From a virus (Duplodnaviria > Caudoviricetes): a stretch of 33,215 nt of DNA. The stretch lies in the IMG/VR virus record IMGVR_UViG_3300008120_000681, positions 1 through 33,215 of that record, one strand, 5' to 3'. Position numbers and translations under genes: made by a program. The first letter of the stretch is position 1; every line of letters begins with the position of its first letter. Positions 18,341 to 24,627 of this stretch are shown here, one piece after another. A model generated the notes under the pieces. The model was not told where the DNA came from. It was given only the letters and a program-made list of their open reading frames with translations, and did not search any database.

Positions 18341-19426
18341 ATGAATATGAAACATTTCAATAAGATGGCAGCCCAAGGTGACTTCGTAATCATTCGGATT
18401 AATAAACTCCCAGAGAATATTGTTCCATTCGATTCCGAAGACGGAAAATATGTTATTGCACATTCAGAAACAGGACACAATCATGTTATGGATGCTGCTA
18501 ATGTCCTAGCATACAAGCCAGAAGGACTAAGCGACAAAGATATCTTTGAGCTTTTCCTTTCAGTTAATCATGAACTGACACCTGAACAGAAAGCGTTGTT
18601 TCCGGTTTATGTTGAAAAGTGGAAAAAAATTGGTTTGACCACTGGTCCTGTTGATTTCGAAAATGCTAAAAAATCCGTATGTTTAGCATACGAAAAAGTA
18701 GGTTTACCACATCCAACTAAATTCTTTGTGGCTAAAAGTCCGATTGATGCTATCCGTCTGATCAAGGAAATTGATCCGTCAATGGATGCTAGAGCAATTT
18801 TTAACAACATGATCTATGGTAATTCTGATAGTTATTGGCTATCGTATTATCAGTTCATTCGGAATGAACTAAAAGTGGAATGCATACACAAGTTGGATGG
18901 TCTTGTTGAGTTGGCCAATCATTGCGGATGGTTGTCTGTGTATGATGACTGTGTTGTATTCCAGGATCGTCCTGAATTTATAAAGTTTGATGATCAGGAT
19001 AGACTACATTCAGAGAATGGACCTTCTATCCGTTATTGTGATGGATTTTCGGTCTATTCTTGGCATGGTGTCAGAATTCCGAAGGAATGGATTGAAAATA
19101 AGAATAGCGCACTAACACCTCAGATTGCTCTCAAATGGGAGAATATGGAGCAGCGACGTGCAGCCTGTGAAATTCTCGGTTGGGATAGGATTATCCGAGA
19201 ATTGAATGCTACCGTTGTTGATTCGGATTACGACCCTCACATTGGAACATTGGTCGATGTTGAAATTCCTGATGTTGGTAAGGAAAGGTTTCTGAAAGTT
19301 CTTTGTGGAACCGGCCGTGAATTTGCTATTCCAGTTCCTCTTGATATCAATACAGCACTAGAAGCGAATGCTTGGACGTTCGATATTGATCCTAATTTGT
19401 TGCGAGAACTTGAAGTGAGAACATGA
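18341..19426 (+). CDS. DUF6745-like protein with a fused N-terminal QGD/HxETGHxH module
   Basis: N-terminus QGDFVI...AHSETGHNH; then LTPEQ...W...AY...GLP.P...SP; YWLSYY; LHSENGPSIRYCDGFSVYSWHGVRIP; NMEQRR; CGTGR...ALEANAWTF. Own promoter TTGACA-N17-TATTAT at 18285-18313. Confidence 0.7.
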   Translation: MNMKHFNKMAAQGDFVIIRINKLPENIVPFDSEDGKYVIAHSETGHNHVMDAANVLAYKPEGLSDKDIFELFLSVNHELTPEQKALFPVYVEKWKKIGLTTGPVDFENAKKSVCLAYEKVGLPHPTKFFVAKSPIDAIRLIKEIDPSMDARAIFNNMIYGNSDSYWLSYYQFIRNELKVECIHKLDGLVELANHCGWLSVYDDCVVFQDRPEFIKFDDQDRLHSENGPSIRYCDGFSVYSWHGVRIPKEWIENKNSALTPQIALKWENMEQRRAACEILGWDRIIRELNATVVDSDYDPHIGTLVDVEIPDVGKERFLKVLCGTGREFAIPVPLDINTALEANAWTFDIDPNLLRELEVRT

Positions 19427-19437
19427 GAACACAAAAT

Positions 19438-19463
19438 AAAAGGCTCTTGCAAGAGCCTTTTTT
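19438..19463 (+). terminator. Perfect 24-bp palindrome / likely bidirectional terminator
   Basis: AAAAGGCTCTTGCAAGAGCCTTTT is its own reverse complement. Confidence 0.8.
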
Positions 19464-19492
19464 AATTAGATATTAGACTAGAAGGTTTGGAT

Positions 19493-19696
19493 ATGAATAG
19501 TGTTAAAGAACAAGTCTACTATCAAGTCTGGGATCAAGTCTACTATCAAGTCTGGAATCAAGTCCACTATCAAGTCAGTAATCAAGTCTTGGATCAAGTC
19601 AGGGGTCAAGTCTGGGGTCAAGTCAGTAATAAAGTCCGGGATCAAGTCTTGTATCAAGTCTTGGATCAACTAAAAGAAGACATAGAAAATGAATAG
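19493..19696 (+). CDS. QVxx-repeat mini-protein 1 (67 aa, 13 repeats)
   Basis: MNSVKE-(QVxx)13-QLKEDIENE. Confidence 0.75.
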   Translation: MNSVKEQVYYQVWDQVYYQVWNQVHYQVSNQVLDQVRGQVWGQVSNKVRDQVLYQVLDQLKEDIENE

Positions 19697-19880
19697 TGTT
19701 AAAGAACAAGTCCAAGATCAAGTCAGTAATCAAGTATTGTATCAAGTCAGGAATCAAGTCAGGGGTCAAGTCTTGCATCAAGTCTTGTATCAAGTCAGGA
19801 ATCAAGTCCACTATCAAGTCAGGAATCAAGTCAGGGGTCAAATCTGGGATCAACTAAATGAAGACCTAGAAAATGAATAG
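19689..19880 (+). CDS. QVxx-repeat mini-protein 2 (63 aa, 12 repeats)
   Basis: 8-nt ATGAATAG overlap with unit 1. Confidence 0.75.
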   Translation: MNSVKEQVQDQVSNQVLYQVRNQVRGQVLHQVLYQVRNQVHYQVRNQVRGQIWDQLNEDLENE

Positions 19881-20064
19881 TGTTAAGTATCAAGTCTGGA
19901 AACAAGTCTGTGATCAAATCATGTATCAAGTCCACTATCGAGTCTACTATCAAGTCAGTAATCAAGTCTTGCATCGAGTCAGGAATCAAGTCTGGGATCA
20001 AGTCAGTAATAAAGTCCGGGATCAAGTCTGTGATCAACTAAAAGAAGACCTAGAAAATGAATAG
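19873..20064 (+). CDS. QVxx-repeat mini-protein 3 (63 aa, 12 repeats)
   Basis: Same caps and overlap. Confidence 0.75.
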   Translation: MNSVKYQVWKQVCDQIMYQVHYRVYYQVSNQVLHRVRNQVWDQVSNKVRDQVCDQLKEDLENE

Positions 20065-20260
20065 TGTTAAAGAACAAGTCTGTGATCAAGTCTTGGGTCA
20101 AGTCTACTATCAAGTCTGGAATCAAGTCCACTATCAAGTCAGTAATAAAGTCCGGGTTCAAGTCTGGGATCAAGTCTGGAATCAAGTCTTTGATCAAGTC
20201 TGGGATCAAGTCTTGTATCAAGTCTTGGATCAACTAAAAGAAGACATAGAAAATGAATAG
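20057..20260 (+). CDS. QVxx-repeat mini-protein 4 (67 aa, 13 repeats)
   Basis: Same caps and overlap. Confidence 0.75.
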   Translation: MNSVKEQVCDQVLGQVYYQVWNQVHYQVSNKVRVQVWDQVWNQVFDQVWDQVLYQVLDQLKEDIENE

Positions 20261-20456
20261 TGTTAAGTATCAAGTCTGGGATCAAGTCTGGGATCAAGTC
20301 TGGGATCAAGTCTGGAATCAAGTCTTTGATCAAGTCTACTATCAAGTCAGGGATCAAGTCAGTAATAAAGTCCGGGTTCAAGTCTGGGATCAAGTCTGGA
20401 ATCAAGTCTTTGATCAAGTCTGGGATCAACTAAAAGAAGACCTAGAAAATGAATAG
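20253..20456 (+). CDS. QVxx-repeat mini-protein 5 (67 aa, 13 repeats)
   Basis: Same caps and overlap. Confidence 0.75.
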   Translation: MNSVKYQVWDQVWDQVWDQVWNQVFDQVYYQVRDQVSNKVRVQVWDQVWNQVFDQVWDQLKEDLENE

Positions 20457-20712
20457 TGTTAAGGATCAAGTCAGGAATCAAGTCAGTGATCAAGTCTGGA
20501 ATCAAGTCAGGGTTCAAGTCCAGGATCAAGTCTTGTATCAAGTCCACTATCAAGTCAGTATTAAAGTCAGGAATCAAGTCTGGGATCAAGTCAGGAATCA
20601 AGTCTGGGATCAAGTCAGGGATCAAGTCAGTAATAAAGTCCGGGTTCAAGTCTGGGATCAAGTTAGGGATCAAGTCAGGGATCAAGTCTGGGATCAACTA
20701 AATGAATCATAG
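20449..20712 (+). CDS. QVxx-repeat mini-protein 6 (87 aa, 19 repeats)
   Basis: MNSVKD-(QVxx)19-QLNES; overlaps the start of 20702-20947. Confidence 0.75.
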   Translation: MNSVKDQVRNQVSDQVWNQVRVQVQDQVLYQVHYQVSIKVRNQVWDQVRNQVWDQVRDQVSNKVRVQVWDQVRDQVRDQVWDQLNES

Positions 20713-20947
20713 CGAATTAATACAACAGTTACACGAGTTAGCAGATTGGGTAGAGAAACATAATAATGTTCATTGTCCATCTGTTCCTCGTAAAGCAGCA
20801 TATACTATTGAGGCAATTGAAGAAGAGAACCATATATTAAGGTTATCTCTAAATAAAAAGTATTTGTCTCTGAGAGATATATATGATAGATATGTTGGTA
20901 ATGTGAAAGTGTTCATCTATTTGACAAGGAAAAAATGGAAGATTTAG
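20702..20947 (+). CDS. Hypothetical protein
   Basis: Coupled to the last array unit. Confidence 0.6.
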   Translation: MNHSELIQQLHELADWVEKHNNVHCPSVPRKAAYTIEAIEEENHILRLSLNKKYLSLRDIYDRYVGNVKVFIYLTRKKWKI

Positions 20948-21291
20948 ATCAAATATTACTAGAACAATTACATGCAGCAAAAAATGGACATAAATTGATT
21001 AAGAGACTAAAAAAATTAATAAGAAAAGATAAAGGTCTGGATGCTTTAGAGCGCCAGAATAAAATTAGAATAGAATTTTTCGAAAATATGATAGAAAATA
21101 AAGAACTTCTAAGACAAAAATCAAAAAAGAAAAAGAAAAAAGACAGTGATCTATTGTCTCGTAATCCATTTTATGAAGCATATAGGTATACAGTTCTTGC
21201 CTCTGTATATGGATATACAGTTATGTCATCAGCAATGAAAGATTACTGGTCTTTTTTTAGAAAGACAAAGGATGAAAAAGATAACTCTTAA
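20935..21291 (+). CDS. Hypothetical basic protein
   Basis: AAGGA RBS; Lys-rich. Confidence 0.6.
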   Translation: MEDLDQILLEQLHAAKNGHKLIKRLKKLIRKDKGLDALERQNKIRIEFFENMIENKELLRQKSKKKKKKDSDLLSRNPFYEAYRYTVLASVYGYTVMSSAMKDYWSFFRKTKDEKDNS

Positions 21292-21493
21292 TAATTGTGT
21301 AGAAGTTCCAGAACAAATTGTAATTGCCGCATGGGAGGCGGTTGATTGTAATGAAGAAAGTGGATTTGGTAAAGTGATACGAGCATCACTGGAATTTAAA
21401 TCTGCTAATATGACTCCTGTTTTTATATTAAACCGAAGCAATATGGAAATGTATTGCGTTGCTCGTGAGACTTTTGGTAAGAAACTTCATTAA
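21272..21493 (+). CDS. Hypothetical protein
   Basis: Overlapping operon arrangement; 73 aa. Confidence 0.6.
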   Translation: MKKITLNNCVEVPEQIVIAAWEAVDCNEESGFGKVIRASLEFKSANMTPVFILNRSNMEMYCVARETFGKKLH

Positions 21494-21505
21494 TGGAGGT
21501 GTCTA

Positions 21506-21736
21506 ATGTCTAGAAGTTATAAGAAACATCCTGGTGGTGGTTTTACAACTAGAATGAGTGATAAACCAGGAAGAAAGATAGATCATCGTCGTTACCGTCA
21601 TTATTATAAAGAAATGATTCGTCATGAAGATTATGATAATATAGAACCCCCTAATTATAAAGAAAATCCGTGGAACTGGCCAAAAGACGGTAAATGTTAT
21701 TGGCCAGATGCATCTGATAAAGATATGCGAAAATAG
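21506..21736 (+). CDS. Small basic phage protein (MSRSYKK family)
   Basis: GGAGG RBS; MSRSYKKHP...W...KDGK...MRK. Confidence 0.7.
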   Translation: MSRSYKKHPGGGFTTRMSDKPGRKIDHRRYRHYYKEMIRHEDYDNIEPPNYKENPWNWPKDGKCYWPDASDKDMRK

Positions 21737-21739
21737 TAT

Positions 21740-21770
21740 TTGACATTCCTATAGGGTTATGGTATAAATA
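21740..21770 (+). promoter_or_regulatory. Composite sigma70 / T4-late promoter of pmoC
   Basis: TTGACA-N17-TATAAATA. Confidence 0.7.
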
Positions 21771-21842
21771 ACATTAAGAGTGGCGGTTTCCGTCACCAAG
21801 GCGAAACTGACCACTTGATTTTTTCTCAATGGAGAATGTTAT

Positions 21843-22604
21843 ATGAGTACAGTAACTACTACAGTAACTGCTGAAAAGGCAGAGGTTGTTGATCTACGTG
21901 GTATGTGGATCGGTCTTGGTCTACTTAACGTCTTCTATCTAATCGTTCGCATTTATGAACAGGTCTATGGCTGGAGGGCCGGTCTTGATTCATTTGCACC
22001 AGAGTTTCAGACATATTGGATGTCTATTCTCTGGACAGAGATTCCACTAGAACTAGTGTCAGGACTAGGACTTGCTGGTTATCTTTGGAAGACAAGGGAC
22101 CGAAATATTGACGCCGTTGCTCCTCGTGAGGAAATGCGTCGTTTAGTTACTTTAGTTCAGTGGCTAGTTGTGTATGCCGTTGCCATTTATTGGGGCGCAT
22201 CCTTCTTCACTGAACAGGATGGAACTTGGCACATGACAGTAATTCGTGATACTGACTTTACTCCAAGTCATATTATTGAATTCTACATGAGCTATCCAAT
22301 CTACTCAATCATCGCAGTTGGCGCATTTTTTTATGCTCGCACTCGTATTCCATACTTTTCACATGGATACAGTCTAGCATTTCTGATTGTTGCTATTGGA
22401 CCATTTATGATTATTCCAAACGTTGGTCTTAACGAATGGGGTCATACATTCTGGTTCATGGAAGAACTATTCGTAGCACCACTACATTGGGGCTTCGTGT
22501 TCTTTGGCTGGATGGCACTTGGTGTATTTGGTGTTGTTCTCCAAATCCTTGGTCGTGTTCATGCTCTTGTTGGGCGTGAAGGCGTAGCACTACTAACAGA
22601 ATAA
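21843..22604 (+). CDS. pmoC: Particulate methane monooxygenase subunit C
   Basis: GLDSFAPEFQTYW, FFTEQDGTWHMTVIRDTDFTPSHIIEFY, PNVGLNEWGHTFWFMEELFVAPLHWGFV; multiple TM helices. Confidence 0.97.
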   Translation: MSTVTTTVTAEKAEVVDLRGMWIGLGLLNVFYLIVRIYEQVYGWRAGLDSFAPEFQTYWMSILWTEIPLELVSGLGLAGYLWKTRDRNIDAVAPREEMRRLVTLVQWLVVYAVAIYWGASFFTEQDGTWHMTVIRDTDFTPSHIIEFYMSYPIYSIIAVGAFFYARTRIPYFSHGYSLAFLIVAIGPFMIIPNVGLNEWGHTFWFMEELFVAPLHWGFVFFGWMALGVFGVVLQILGRVHALVGREGVALLTE

Positions 22605-22610
22605 AAAAGT

Positions 22611-22640
22611 GAGGGGGAGGTATTGACTTCCCCCTCTTTA
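22611..22640 (+). terminator. Hairpin after pmoC (probable terminator) overlapping the hsp20 -35 box
   Basis: GAGGGGGAGG-TATTGA-CTTCCCCCTC followed by TTT. Confidence 0.6.
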
Positions 22641-22649
22641 CCCCCATAT
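22623..22649 (+). promoter_or_regulatory. RpoH (sigma32)-type heat-shock promoter
   Basis: TTGACT-N13-CCCCATAT upstream of hsp20. Confidence 0.65.
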
Positions 22650-22655
22650 TATGTT

Positions 22656-22712
22656 TACGTTGCCGAAAGGAACGTATTATTATAGTCTCGCTTAATAGGA
22701 GAAATGTAAATG
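22656..22712 (+). promoter_or_regulatory. ROSE-like RNA thermometer
   Basis: Hairpin TACGTT(G)CC-GAAA-GGAACGTA, then TCTCGCT-TAAT-AGGAGA pairing the SD with a bulged G (UYGCU motif). Confidence 0.65.
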
Positions 22713-23243
22713 ACAAACGATCCATTCCGTGCTTTTCATGCAGACCCACTACTATCAAAGTATCTTGTAGGGTTTGATAATATGTTTCAGCGAATTGCGG
22801 AAGCTAATGAATATCTACCAAAAATTCCTGCATATCCGCCATACAATGTGAAAAAAATTGATGATGAACATTATATTATTGAAATGGCTGTTGCAGGGTT
22901 TGGAAAGCACAATCTAGATATTGAAATGAAAGACAGTGTTCTAACTATTACTGGTAGTTCAGAATCAGAAGAAGGTGACTATCTTCATAAGGGTATTGCT
23001 AATCGTGCTTTCACTCGTAAATTTAATGTTGCTGATACAGTAGAAGTAAAAAATGCAGAACTTACTAATGGTATGTTGAAAATCTTCCTTGAACGTTTTG
23101 TTCCAGAGGAAAAGAAACCGAAGAAGATTGACATCTATGACCCGTTCGGAGTACAAGAAGCTACGAAACAGTTAATTGATGAAACTGGCAAGACATGGGG
23201 TAATATTGCACAAAAAGTAGCTGATGCAATTACACCGAAATAA
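22710..23243 (+). CDS. hsp20: Small heat shock protein Hsp20 (IbpA-like)
   Basis: YPPYNV, IEMAVAGF, YLHKGIANRAFTRKF, NAELTNGMLKIFLE, PEEKKPKKI. Confidence 0.95.
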   Translation: MTNDPFRAFHADPLLSKYLVGFDNMFQRIAEANEYLPKIPAYPPYNVKKIDDEHYIIEMAVAGFGKHNLDIEMKDSVLTITGSSESEEGDYLHKGIANRAFTRKFNVADTVEVKNAELTNGMLKIFLERFVPEEKKPKKIDIYDPFGVQEATKQLIDETGKTWGNIAQKVADAITPK

Positions 23244-23266
23244 TCTTAAAATAGTCTTCTAAATAG

Positions 23267-23296
23267 AGAGAGGGATTTATCTTCCCTCTCTTTTTT
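23267..23296 (+). terminator. Rho-independent terminator after hsp20
   Basis: AGAGAGGGA-TTTATCT-TCCCTCTCT followed by a T run. Confidence 0.8.
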
Positions 23297-23313
23297 ATTA
23301 TAGGAGATAAATT

Positions 23314-23979
23314 ATGGCTACATTTAAAGAGGCATTCGCTGCTGCCAGAAAAGCAGGAAAAGAAACATTCATTTATGACGGTAAACTTTATACAACACAA
23401 GTAGCTGTAAAAGAAGCTGATGAAACTAAGTTTCTTGATGTTACTAATACAGTAAAAGAAAGTGCTGTCCCAACAGTTTCAAGACTAAAGAAAAACAACT
23501 GGCCCGCACAATCACAACTCAGAGCAAAGTTTGGTGTTCCTGATTATGGTGGAACATTCAAGAAGCATATGACACAGGTTAATCTTCCATATACTATGTG
23601 GATGGACGATCTTAAGATTACTAAATGCTGGATGAATAAGTCTTGTTCTGAATCTCTTGTTCGTGTTCTAACTTATGTTTGGGACGAGAACGGTAGAGAT
23701 TATGACAAGATTAAGGCACAGCAGTTACACATCTTTTCTGGTTCATGGAACATCCGCAACATGCGTGGTGGTAAGTCTCTTTCAACACACGCTTTCGGTG
23801 TTGCTATTGATATTTGTGCTCCTTATAATGCTCTTGGAAAGAAGCCCGGATATAACAAGTATTCATTCACTAAAGACTCTTTAATTGTTAAAGCATTCAA
23901 GGAAGAAGGTGCCGTTTGGGGTGGTGATTGGGAACGCCGACCAGATGGAATGCATTTTCAATTTGCTACAGTGGGATAA
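23314..23979 (+). CDS. Peptidase M15-family endolysin / cell-wall peptidase
   Basis: RNMRGG...STHAFGVAID and WGGDW...DGMHFQ Zn-binding motifs; upstream CTAAATA at 23259-23265. Confidence 0.85.
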   Translation: MATFKEAFAAARKAGKETFIYDGKLYTTQVAVKEADETKFLDVTNTVKESAVPTVSRLKKNNWPAQSQLRAKFGVPDYGGTFKKHMTQVNLPYTMWMDDLKITKCWMNKSCSESLVRVLTYVWDENGRDYDKIKAQQLHIFSGSWNIRNMRGGKSLSTHAFGVAIDICAPYNALGKKPGYNKYSFTKDSLIVKAFKEEGAVWGGDWERRPDGMHFQFATVG

Positions 23980-24463
23980 CTTTCTCACATTTTTTAACAT
24001 GCCTTGAGTAATTGGCCGGGTCTACTATTTTTCCGCAATGGATACATGGTTTAGACTTGGCCATCATTCTTTGTTGTAATTGTTTCTGAAATTCTGGGTT
24101 TCTGAAAGGGTTATTGGGTGAATCGTTCAAAAGTTTTATTCTTTCTGAGACTTTTGATCTATCAATATTAGAATAATCAATATGTTTAGAAGTATCACCA
24201 CCATCACCAGATTCGACCATAAGATTGGCCCAGTTATCTGAATCAACAACATTCCACATTTCAGAGTATACTCTGCCTTTTTCTGCAATTTCTTCTTTTG
24301 ATTCGGATTGAAAAATAATTTTGGTAGTTACATCATATTTATGTTTCTTGATATGATTTTTCCATCTAGTGCCTGATCCTTTGTATTTGTAAGGATCTTT
24401 CTTGGTATAACCTAGATATTTGAGATTTGTGATGTTGTGAGTTTTGACATATAAATAATACAT
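23966..24463 (-). CDS. GIY-YIG (Seg-like) homing endonuclease with C-terminal Zn-finger-like motif
   Basis: YYLYVKTH...KYLGYT...YKGSG.RW...WANL; CIHC...H...C; antisense to its neighbours. Confidence 0.85.
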   Translation of the reverse strand: MYYLYVKTHNITNLKYLGYTKKDPYKYKGSGTRWKNHIKKHKYDVTTKIIFQSESKEEIAEKGRVYSEMWNVVDSDNWANLMVESGDGGDTSKHIDYSNIDRSKVSERIKLLNDSPNNPFRNPEFQKQLQQRMMAKSKPCIHCGKIVDPANYSRHVKKCEKVIPL

Positions 24464-24627
24464 GCTGATGCTCCTTATAAGCGTTAGAGTAGGTAAGGAT
24501 TCCCGTCCTGTGACCTACACTTATTTAGTATTTTTGAATTTTGGTGTGTCGTAACTATAAAAAAAATTGACTTATACAAGAAAACAATATATAATGTATA
24601 TGCGGTAAATAATAGAAGGATAGTATT

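Larger units (their letters stand above)
19493..20712 (+). repeat. Nested repeat array: six 184-264 bp gene units, each made of 12-bp CAAGTC-N6 repeats
   Basis: Units start at 19493, 19689, 19873, 20057, 20253 and 20449; conserved junction GATCAACTAAAAGAAGACMTAGAAAATGAATAGTGTTAA. Confidence 0.97.

Noticed and set aside
19478-20701. Minus-strand IPDL-repeat ORFs and the + strand SGIK-repeat ORF
   Set aside because: These are shadow frames of the 12-bp repeat. Only the QV frame has conserved start/stop coupling and matches the local gene orientation.
19493-20712. CRISPR array (about 40-bp conserved junctions at regular spacing)
   Set aside because: The intervening segments are about 150 bp, internally repetitive and protein-coding; there are no unique spacers and no cas genes.
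19493-20712. Diversity-generating retroelement template/variable repeats
   Set aside because: There is no reverse transcriptase in the window, and variation is by whole 12-bp unit shuffling with no evident adenine-only template/variable pair.
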